Sequence record: LR756500.1
Reading direction: 5' to 3' (one strand)
Length of the DNA stretch: 64,000 nt
Of the stretch, positions 57,048 to 64,000 are shown in pieces; position 1 is the stretch's first letter; each line of letters starts with the position of its first letter. The position numbers and the translations under genes were made by a program. The notes beneath the pieces were generated by a model, which had not been told where the DNA came from, ran no database searches, and saw only the letters and a list, made by a program, of their open reading frames with translations.

Positions 57048-57289
57048 TAGTTAATCTTTTTATAGTTATATGGAACTGTGTAATTAAAAAATGTTCGTAT
57101 ATATTTAACATTTTCAATATGATGAACCATTATATCATTAATATATTTTAGAAATCCATCCATATTAATATTTTTGAAAAGATAATTAGAACTAGTTTTT
57201 CTTATTAATACATCTTTATAATCAAAGCCTAAATTTTTTAAACTTTCATTACGATAATATGTTAAATTATATAAACTTACTTTTGCCAT
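57047..57289 (-). CDS. Small baseplate-associated protein
   Basis: 80-aa ORF coupled between the gp6-like and gp7-like genes. Confidence 0.55.
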   Translation of the reverse strand: MAKVSLYNLTYYRNESLKNLGFDYKDVLIRKTSSNYLFKNINMDGFLKYINDIMVHHIENVKYIRTFFNYTVPYNYKKIN

Positions 57290-59088
57290 TATTTTAATTT
57301 CTTTCTATTATTTTCAGTTATTCTATTATATAAATCGTATTTAACTTCACCTTTAAAAATAATATTTAAAGAAGATAGTTTAGTAGGTTCAGGATATATT
57401 TCATAAAATTTATTATTTCTATCTCTCCATCCACCTCTTATAATTGGAACTTCTTTCTCTTTAATAACTATATCACCAAATTCATCTAATCCTAAATTTG
57501 GATTTTCATTTTGTTTAAGTGTTATTTTTTTATTTGTTAATAGTTTTTTTGTATTAGTTTTAGTATCATATCCTTCAACTGGAACATAATAATATCCTCT
57601 TATTAATGCTAATTCGTTTTCTTTAGAAACAAATGTAACATTTACAGAATCAATACCATCAATATTTTCTATTAAAGCTATTATATCAGATCTAGGTATT
57701 TTGTCTCTTCTTCTAACCGTTAAAAAATATTCACTTAATTTAGTTCTAATTTCAGATCTTAAATTACTTTCTGATTTATTTTCAAAATGAGTAATAATAA
57801 TATTAATTGCATAATATTTAATTATTGGATCAACTAATCTTAATTCTGAACTAATTAATTGTTGTTGACTTTCTTCGATTATATTGAATATATGTTCTTT
57901 TTCTAAAGGAGTTAATGTAAATTCAGATTGATCTAAAGTAAAATAATCAACATCAGTTGTTACTTTTCTAGATATATCAGGTAATAAAAATAAATAAACA
58001 ATATTATCATCATTTAAATATTGATCATCAAATGTTGAATATGCATCAATAACAGAAAAGAAATTATATCTTCTTAAAAAATAAATATAATTATCAGGTC
58101 TTGCTAATACAAAAGATTTACTAGCTTTAGGAGCTATCAATCTTGTAAAATCTAAAGGTTCAGAATCTGATCCAAATGAAGGTGGCATTAATATGCTTGT
58201 CATTAATACTTCATTTAAATCTATTTCATTTCCATATTTATCAAATCCAGAATCTTCATATTTTAAAATTACTTCATTACTATTTCCAATATTTCCGCTT
58301 CTTCCATTTATCTTAATATACTGTATTTCAATAATAGATCCTTCAGCTGGAATGGTTCCAAAATTTTCAGATCCAAAATATACGTCTAAACCTCCACTAA
58401 TACCAGTTTTAACAATTACTCCTTCATCACCTCGCATCATATCATAAAGGCTTTCATATTTTTCCCATTTCTTTCCATTTATAAATACTTCGACTTGAAA
58501 ATGATCTGTCATATCTTTAGTAGTTAAAGAATGACTTTCCATTGATCTTCCCTGTGATACAAATTGTTGTGATTCAATAGTTCCCTGATATATTTGAGCA
58601 TGATGAAATGACGTATCTCCTTTTTCTAAAATAATATTATCCTTATCTAAAAATAAAAAATAAGGTAAATTATTAGTTAAACACATTATCTTTGTATACT
58701 TTGGAATTATTATATAATCACCGACTATTTCTTTATCTATCCCGCTCTTTAATTTTAATGCAACCTTTCCAAATGCAGAAATACCTCTAGTAGGATTATG
58801 ACCAGTTAATCGACTTAATCCATAAATAGATTCTCGATTTCTTGCAGTCATGAAATTTAATTCAGTTAATGCATTCTCAATATAATAAAATATTAATTCA
58901 CTTATCTCAGATAATACATGAAGTATTTGAGAAAATGGACTAGCAGGTGTTAAAATATTTTTACTCTGTTCATATTTCTCAACTAAATATTTAAAAGCTT
59001 GTCCAAATATTTGAGCTGATAATAAACGTTCCTTACTTAAAAATTTAAAATTCATTCTATTGAANNNNNNNNNNNNNNNNNNNNNCAA
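57289..59088 (-). CDS. Baseplate wedge protein, T4 gp6-like
   Basis: TAR..ESIYGL.RL.G.NP.R..SA, V.FG....G.IP..G..I...Y....G..GN and GSDSEPL....L.AP. The start is obscured by an N-run. Confidence 0.75.
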   Translation of the reverse strand: MXXXXXXXFNRMNFKFLSKERLLSAQIFGQAFKYLVEKYEQSKNILTPASPFSQILHVLSEISELIFYYIENALTELNFMTARNRESIYGLSRLTGHNPTRGISAFGKVALKLKSGIDKEIVGDYIIIPKYTKIMCLTNNLPYFLFLDKDNIILEKGDTSFHHAQIYQGTIESQQFVSQGRSMESHSLTTKDMTDHFQVEVFINGKKWEKYESLYDMMRGDEGVIVKTGISGGLDVYFGSENFGTIPAEGSIIEIQYIKINGRSGNIGNSNEVILKYEDSGFDKYGNEIDLNEVLMTSILMPPSFGSDSEPLDFTRLIAPKASKSFVLARPDNYIYFLRRYNFFSVIDAYSTFDDQYLNDDNIVYLFLLPDISRKVTTDVDYFTLDQSEFTLTPLEKEHIFNIIEESQQQLISSELRLVDPIIKYYAINIIITHFENKSESNLRSEIRTKLSEYFLTVRRRDKIPRSDIIALIENIDGIDSVNVTFVSKENELALIRGYYYVPVEGYDTKTNTKKLLTNKKITLKQNENPNLGLDEFGDIVIKEKEVPIIRGGWRDRNNKFYEIYPEPTKLSSLNIIFKGEVKYDLYNRITENNRKKLK

Positions 59089-59120
59089 AACGAAAAAGTC
59101 TCTAAGAAATTATAAACTTT

Positions 59121-59480
59121 TTATAAAAGTATGCTTAAAGATTTTTTACCTTCAATTATAATATCAATTAAAGCAATATCTTTTTCAGTTCCTCTTAAAA
59201 AATAAGCTCTAACATCAACTGGATGAATTCTAGATAATGGACAATAGTTAATTATATTAGAAGATACTTTAGCAATTAATTCGTTTTCATTAACATTAAA
59301 TGTAAATAATAATTCTTCTAAATTAACTCCCATCCCTGGAAATCCAATTACTTCTCTTCTTTTAGTAAATAAAATATTTTCTATTTGAATAATTAATAAA
59401 GAAACAGTATCAGATAATTCCATAATATCTGATTGATATTTAGGAGCAGTATCATCTCTTGTATAAAAATCTCTTGGCAT
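59121..59480 (-). CDS. Baseplate wedge protein, gp25-like
   Basis: 119 aa with IENILFT.RREV.G.PGMG..L..LLF pattern; directly upstream of the gp6-like gene. Confidence 0.75.
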   Translation of the reverse strand: MPRDFYTRDDTAPKYQSDIMELSDTVSLLIIQIENILFTKRREVIGFPGMGVNLEELLFTFNVNENELIAKVSSNIINYCPLSRIHPVDVRAYFLRGTEKDIALIDIIIEGKKSLSILL

Positions 59481-59485
59481 ATCTT

Positions 59486-59872
59486 TTATTTATTTATTAG
59501 AATTTTAGAATAAAACAATTCAAATACTCCAGAAAATGCTACATATAAAATACCTAGTTCTAAAAATATATTTATTCCACATGATTCATAAAAAATTATT
59601 GCACAACATAAACATGTAATCATTAAAGATTTTGCACAGTGCCAAGCATCTGTTACAGAAACTAAAAATGTCATTGATCCAAAAAATGCTGGACCTTTTT
59701 TTGGATCTTTATCTTTATACTTATTTTTCCAACTAACTGCGGGATTAATCCATGATATTAATTTTTCATTTTTTATATCATTAAAAATAGATTTATAAAA
59801 TCTAAATGAAAGCACGTCCATTATAGCATTTAAAATTCCAGCAATTAAAATAAATATTAATGATACAATCAT
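59486..59872 (-). CDS. Membrane protein
   Basis: Hydrophobic segments flank SWKNKY and TDAWH.AK. Confidence 0.65.
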   Translation of the reverse strand: MIVSLIFILIAGILNAIMDVLSFRFYKSIFNDIKNEKLISWINPAVSWKNKYKDKDPKKGPAFFGSMTFLVSVTDAWHCAKSLMITCLCCAIIFYESCGINIFLELGILYVAFSGVFELFYSKILINK

Positions 59873-60171
59873 TTTTTATTCATTTTATTTACAATAAATG
59901 CTACTAAAGTAATAATAGGTTTAACTATCCAAGCATATCCTATAAATACTAATGCTATAATAGATAATATTAATGCTCCTAAATTAAATATAGTTCCAAC
60001 TATATTATCTATAGTTGTTCCTTCTGTTGTAAAATTTAATATAATTGATGTTATAATAACTAATGAAGCTCCAAACAATATTTGTGTAATAGTATTAAAT
60101 AATAAACTCTGAAAAAACTTACAAAATATATTTGTACATTTTTTCTCTTTAAATGATTTTAAAAAATTCAT
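59869..60171 (-). CDS. Small membrane protein (2 predicted TM helices; holin candidate)
   Basis: Two long hydrophobic stretches and basic termini. Confidence 0.5.
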   Translation of the reverse strand: MNFLKSFKEKKCTNIFCKFFQSLLFNTITQILFGASLVIITSIILNFTTEGTTIDNIVGTIFNLGALILSIIALVFIGYAWIVKPIITLVAFIVNKMNKK

Positions 60172-60578
60172 ATATTTTTATTTTTTTCTATTTCTAAACT
60201 TACTAATTTTTTATACTCATAATAATCTGAATTTTTAACTGTTTGAGTACAACATCTAAGACAATCTAAATCTAAATAATAAACTAATATCATAGGATTA
60301 CTATTAGTTATACTTGGAATTAATTGAAAGCATAAAGGATCTTTAATAGCATCTTTATTTTCATTAAAAGGATGATTATAATTTTTAAAAACTTTATTAA
60401 ATATTTCAAGAGTATATATTTCATCAATAGTATTTGATGAAAATAATAATTCTATATCTTTACATATATTTGTACAACTATCATTAATATATCCAAAATT
60501 TTTAAAATAAGTATAAATTTTTTTAGATATAAATAAATCTGCGTATATTCTACTTCTAGTTTTTTCTTTGTAATTCAT
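60168..60578 (-). CDS. Hypothetical protein
   Basis: 136-aa ORF coupled to its neighbours. Confidence 0.55.
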   Translation of the reverse strand: MNYKEKTRSRIYADLFISKKIYTYFKNFGYINDSCTNICKDIELLFSSNTIDEIYTLEIFNKVFKNYNHPFNENKDAIKDPLCFQLIPSITNSNPMILVYYLDLDCLRCCTQTVKNSDYYEYKKLVSLEIEKNKNI

Positions 60579-60579
60579 A

Positions 60580-60903
60580 TTAAATTTTTATAAAGTGATT
60601 ATTGTATTTAGTTAATTCCGTTATATTTTTTTCTACCTTTCTACAAATTAATCCAAATTCTTCTAAGTCATTTTGATTAAGTTTAAAAAATTCTCCTTTA
60701 ATTTGTTTATTTGAATAATTTCTTTTTAAATAAGCTTCAATTTTTGTAGCAAATTTTGTATTGTATTCTAATATTACTTTCCATTCTCCAGGATTACCGG
60801 TTGTCATTCCTTTAATTCTATCTTCCATATTTTGACCAGTCCAACCTATTTTATATTGAACTTCTTCTCCTATTATATTTTCTATTAAATAAACTTTTTT
60901 CAT
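60580..60903 (-). CDS. GIY-YIG nuclease, T5orf172-like
   Basis: VYLI...YKIGWT...RI..M.TGNP...E..L...Y....KGEFF.L. Confidence 0.8.
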   Translation of the reverse strand: MKKVYLIENIIGEEVQYKIGWTGQNMEDRIKGMTTGNPGEWKVILEYNTKFATKIEAYLKRNYSNKQIKGEFFKLNQNDLEEFGLICRKVEKNITELTKYNNHFIKI

Positions 60904-61304
60904 CTACTAGGTATTGCTAAATCTCCATAATATAAAACTTCTTTTTCATTTGGTATTTCTATAAATCCATTCTTTTTATAAAAATTAAATTGTTTCTTAG
61001 AATCTGCTCCATATCCACCAGGAGTAACATATATTGATTTTGGATCATATTTTTTTATTATTTCTTTTATAGCTATTTGTAAAATTTTAGATCCTACTCC
61101 TTTTCCTTTTCCTAATACATCTGGAATATTTACTCTATTAATATACCATTCACAGTTATTAATATTTGAAATTTCACATACTCCTAAACTAAAATTTTCT
61201 TTATAATATACATTGACATATTCCTTTGTTGAAACAATAGTTATATTGTTAGATTCACTTAATGTTTCGCTTTTAAATAATTTATATTCTTTTATGTATT
61301 TCAT
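60900..61304 (-). CDS. GNAT-family acetyltransferase with capsid-targeting-like tag
   Basis: I..VNIP..LGKGKGVGSKIL (acetyl-CoA motif A) and FYKKNGF. N-terminus is MKYIKEYKLF. Confidence 0.75.
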   Translation of the reverse strand: MKYIKEYKLFKSETLSESNNITIVSTKEYVNVYYKENFSLGVCEISNINNCEWYINRVNIPDVLGKGKGVGSKILQIAIKEIIKKYDPKSIYVTPGGYGADSKKQFNFYKKNGFIEIPNEKEVLYYGDLAIPSR

Positions 61305-61321
61305 TTTTCATGTTTTATTTT

Positions 61322-61852
61322 CTATAAAAATCCAAAATCATCAGCATTATACAAATGCTCGTATTTATTTTTTATTTTACTACTAACACTTAACTTTCTT
61401 ATAAATTCATACTTTAAATATAAATTGGGATCTTCACTCAACCAATTATCAACTATACTATCTATATCATTTCCAATTATATCTAATTGCTCTATCTTTA
61501 AAAATTCTTTTGGTAATTTTTTAAGATTATTATTATTTAAACTTAATATTCTTAATTTTTTTAACTGACTTATCTTTTTAGATATCAACGTTAATTTATT
61601 ATTATTTAAATCTAATACGACTAAATTTTTAAGTTTTAATATGTCATCAGGTACTGATGACAATTGATTATCAAATAAATAAAGTTGTATTAAATTTTTA
61701 AATTTATATACTCTATCTGGAATAGTTGTTATTTGATGTCCGTTTAAATATATTACATCATCATTTATATTTTTTTCAGCTATAATACTCATAGCTATAT
61801 CAGGTCCTTTATTTTCTAATAAAAATTCTTCATATTCTAAAATGTATTTCAT
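61322..61852 (-). CDS. Leucine-rich-repeat protein with capsid-targeting-like tag
   Basis: LYLFDNQLSSVP / LDLNNNKLTLIS / LSLNNNNLKKLP fit LxLxxNxL. N-terminus is MKYILEYEEFLLE. Confidence 0.85.
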   Translation of the reverse strand: MKYILEYEEFLLENKGPDIAMSIIAEKNINDDVIYLNGHQITTIPDRVYKFKNLIQLYLFDNQLSSVPDDILKLKNLVVLDLNNNKLTLISKKISQLKKLRILSLNNNNLKKLPKEFLKIEQLDIIGNDIDSIVDNWLSEDPNLYLKYEFIRKLSVSSKIKNKYEHLYNADDFGFL

Positions 61853-62460
61853 TTTCCACGTCTTATATTAGTTAATATTCTCAAATCATTTGCACTATGT
61901 TGTGTATAATTTAAATTAAATTTCTTAGAAAATATTTTAAAATCAAAAGGATCAGAATCTCCGCCACTATGAATTATTGTATACTTTAAAATTAATTCTG
62001 CCAAGTCTTTAGATGTACTAGCGTCAATTATTTTTCTTTCTAAATATAATCTTATTTGATTATCCATTAATACACTATCTAAAGCTACTAATAATTGTTG
62101 CCTACTTCTTTCAGGCCCTATATCATCAAATCTTTGAAGCAATCTCATACTAGTTACTTTTTCTTTGAAAGGTCTTATTTGTTTTGTATAATATAACAAA
62201 GTAACTTCTAATTTATTTTCATCTTTGTTTCCTTCTTTTTCTTTTGCTTTTCTTAAAACTTCATCAAATTCTTTTTGCGATGCAGTTCCTTTAACAGTAT
62301 TAGGAGTTCTAAATGAGTTACTTGATTTTGATTTATTTTTATCATTAGAAGTGTTTTTAAACTTATTCGCATATTCGGGTGGAATATAACGTCCACTATA
62401 TCTTATTTTTTCATCATCTGCTTCTAATAAAAATTCTTCGTATTCTAAAATGTATTTCAT
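61849..62460 (-). CDS. Hypothetical protein with capsid-targeting-like tag
   Basis: N-terminal 13 aa are identical to those of the LRR protein. Confidence 0.65.
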   Translation of the reverse strand: MKYILEYEEFLLEADDEKIRYSGRYIPPEYANKFKNTSNDKNKSKSSNSFRTPNTVKGTASQKEFDEVLRKAKEKEGNKDENKLEVTLLYYTKQIRPFKEKVTSMRLLQRFDDIGPERSRQQLLVALDSVLMDNQIRLYLERKIIDASTSKDLAELILKYTIIHSGGDSDPFDFKIFSKKFNLNYTQHSANDLRILTNIRRGK

Positions 62461-62468
62461 ATGCTTAC

Positions 62469-62511
62469 TCTATTTTAATTATATATTTTGAATATATAAT
62501 TAAAAATAGAA
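62469..62511. promoter_or_regulatory. Near-palindromic divergent promoter region
   Basis: tctattttaattatatatt-ttg-aatatataattaaaaataga gives AATATATAA on both strands, upstream of the two divergent tagged genes. Confidence 0.55.
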
Positions 62512-62515
62512 GGTT

Positions 62516-63517
62516 ATGAAGTTTATATTAGAGTATGAAGAATTTTTGTTTGAGAATACTAGATATGTAGATGCTGAAAAAGACTTTTTAAAAACTAAAA
62601 GAATAGATAAAAAGACTTGGGATTATTTAATAACAAATATAAGTAATAAATATGTTTATTGGGCTGTAAGAGAGTATGTTTTAAATAAAGAAAATAATAG
62701 AATTGGTAATAAATTAGAAGATTATGTTAATATATCACGAATGTATGATATCAAAGGAAATACATTTGCTAAAAATGAAAGAGATTTATATAATTTTTCA
62801 GATTTTAATAAAAATAACGATTATACATTTAATAAAGTAAAAGATTTATATAATATTAATAACAGTTTAAAAATCAAACCAAAAGATATATTTAAAACTA
62901 GAACAGATTTAGTTGAAATAGGAAGTAATATTTTATATGAAGATAAAGAAGGTAATATTGTAGTTGAAGCATTAAATAGAGCTGCTGATTTATATTGGGG
63001 AAGTTGGTATAAAAAAAGAGAAGGTGCATTAGTTATAGATAACTGTATGACAAGTGAACCTTCATCTGATATAAAATATTTAAAAGATGTTCCAGAGGGT
63101 GGTAGACTTTATATTATATTACCTAAAGAACCGATAATTATATTAAGAAGATTATTTATAATGGAATATGAAGATGCATGGGGATTCGTAGGTCATCAAG
63201 ATTTTTCGATTGAAGAAACTAGTTATAAAAATATGTTAATTAAAAAATATCATGCTTTATATAAAGAATTAAATAAAAAATTAAATTATAAAAATGAAGA
63301 ATTATATAATATAATTAAAAGACTTTTTGAGTTAGATAGTAAACATGTAATCTATGATTACATTTATAATGGTTATAATGAATTAGATATTAATATAGAA
63401 TTTAATGAATTTATTAAACAATTAAACAATAATTTTAATCATATACCATCATATATGTCAGAGTATTTTATAGAATTATATAATTATTATCATGGATTAA
63501 CTAATAAAATAGTTTAA
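62516..63517 (+). CDS. Hypothetical protein with capsid-targeting-like tag; the only convincing plus-strand gene
   Basis: 333-aa ORF starting MKFILEYEEFLFE; no competing minus-strand ORF covers it. Confidence 0.75.
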   Translation: MKFILEYEEFLFENTRYVDAEKDFLKTKRIDKKTWDYLITNISNKYVYWAVREYVLNKENNRIGNKLEDYVNISRMYDIKGNTFAKNERDLYNFSDFNKNNDYTFNKVKDLYNINNSLKIKPKDIFKTRTDLVEIGSNILYEDKEGNIVVEALNRAADLYWGSWYKKREGALVIDNCMTSEPSSDIKYLKDVPEGGRLYIILPKEPIIILRRLFIMEYEDAWGFVGHQDFSIEETSYKNMLIKKYHALYKELNKKLNYKNEELYNIIKRLFELDSKHVIYDYIYNGYNELDINIEFNEFIKQLNNNFNHIPSYMSEYFIELYNYYHGLTNKIV

Positions 63518-63616
63518 AAATTAATTGAACATAAGTAATAAAAATAGAAAATGATATAAAAAAGTATTTACTTAAAGGTTATAATAAAATATATTTTAAA
63601 TTATAACATTTAAAAA

Positions 63617-63952
63617 TTATTTTCTTTGTTTGTATTTATTTTTTATATAATCATTAATATCTTCTTCACTCATACCTTTACGTCTTAAAATATTTTTCAT
63701 AACATGTGTACGTTTTTCTTCTTTACTCATATTTTTTAAATTTACTGTTGGTGCTGGACCAGATTTAATTTGTTTATATTTAAATTTAATATAGTCGTTA
63801 ATCTCTTCATCACTTGCGCCTTTACGTCTTAAATGAGTTTTAATAGTAGATATATTGAAATTTGATCTTTCTTCATCATTAAGAGATGAAGAAAGATTAT
63901 TAAATTTACTCATAGTGTATTCATTATATTTTTTAACGACTTCTTTAGCCAT
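63617..63952 (-). CDS. Small basic protein with a duplicated helical motif
   Basis: IKTHLRRKGASDEEINDYIKFKY and MKNILRRKGMSEEDINDYIKNKY. Confidence 0.65.
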   Translation of the reverse strand: MAKEVVKKYNEYTMSKFNNLSSSLNDEERSNFNISTIKTHLRRKGASDEEINDYIKFKYKQIKSGPAPTVNLKNMSKEEKRTHVMKNILRRKGMSEEDINDYIKNKYKQRK

Positions 63953-64000
63953 ATTTAATGTCGGTTCATTAGCTAACCAAACATATAAATTATGTTTGGT

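Noticed and set aside
325-58447. Short plus-strand ORFs in the track (e.g. 325, 531, 1860, 4181, 7236, 8904, 12239, 13187, 17495, 17929, 18129, 26367, 29179, 30794, 36897, 37626, 49098, 52268, 55547, 58193)
   Set aside because: They are antisense shadows of well-supported minus-strand genes, with hydrophobic F/S/L-rich composition typical of reverse frames, or are mostly Ns.
8571-59085. N-runs (about 8571-8591, 8915-9126, 9382-9417, 9950-9972, 59065-59085) as biological features
   Set aside because: These are assembly gaps or masked bases. They are too short to hide the second polymerase half, and they limit confidence in the 8485..10428 gene and the gp6-like start.
1-64000. Stop-codon reassignment, as in some jumbo phages
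   Set aside because: Long genes translate intact under the standard code, and TAG and TGA both end genes at sensible, coupled junctions.
1-64000. tRNA, rRNA or diversity-generating retroelement
   Set aside because: No cloverleaf or rRNA-like segment was seen in the few intergenic gaps, and no reverse transcriptase or template/variable repeat pair was recognised. This was by eye only; tRNAscan was not run.

Overview
A 64 kb, very AT-rich segment (roughly 20-25% GC by eye, not computed) of a large T4-related (jumbo) myophage genome. The host is probably a Bacteroidota member, inferred from an Hc1/H1-like gene, a Bacteroidota-style signal peptide and a DUF6808-like membrane protein. Almost every gene is on the minus strand; the one convincing plus-strand gene is 62516..63517. 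The left half (1-30 kb) is a replication and nucleotide-metabolism module: gp45-like clamp, N-terminal half of a split family-B DNA polymerase, two dUTPase homologues (one apparently catalytically dead), class II ribonucleotide reductase, UvsW, UvsY, ThyX with an HNH intein, gp61-like primase, gp32-like SSB, GroES and a RuvC-like resolvase. The right half (30-60 kb) is a tail/baseplate module: tube-like protein, 1789-aa fibre with S74 chaperone, and gp6- and gp25-like proteins. Highlights: (1) nrdJ is fractured into two ORFs carrying the halves of a naturally split intein. A free-standing endonuclease lies between them, with its start codon locked in an RNA hairpin whose loop holds a candidate late promoter. 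(2) About ten unrelated proteins (ATP-grasp, ligase-like, GNAT, LRR, SH3-like and others) share an N-terminal tag resembling the T4 capsid-targeting sequence, suggesting a packaged and injected effector set. (3) A ligase-like/nucleotidyltransferase/methyltransferase cluster, in which the methyltransferase seems reachable only through a -1 slip at A_AAA_AAG. (4) Conserved catalytic motifs of essential genes are encoded by anomalously GC3-rich codons. All family assignments are by motif recognition only; no searches were run. Several N-runs limit what can be read.
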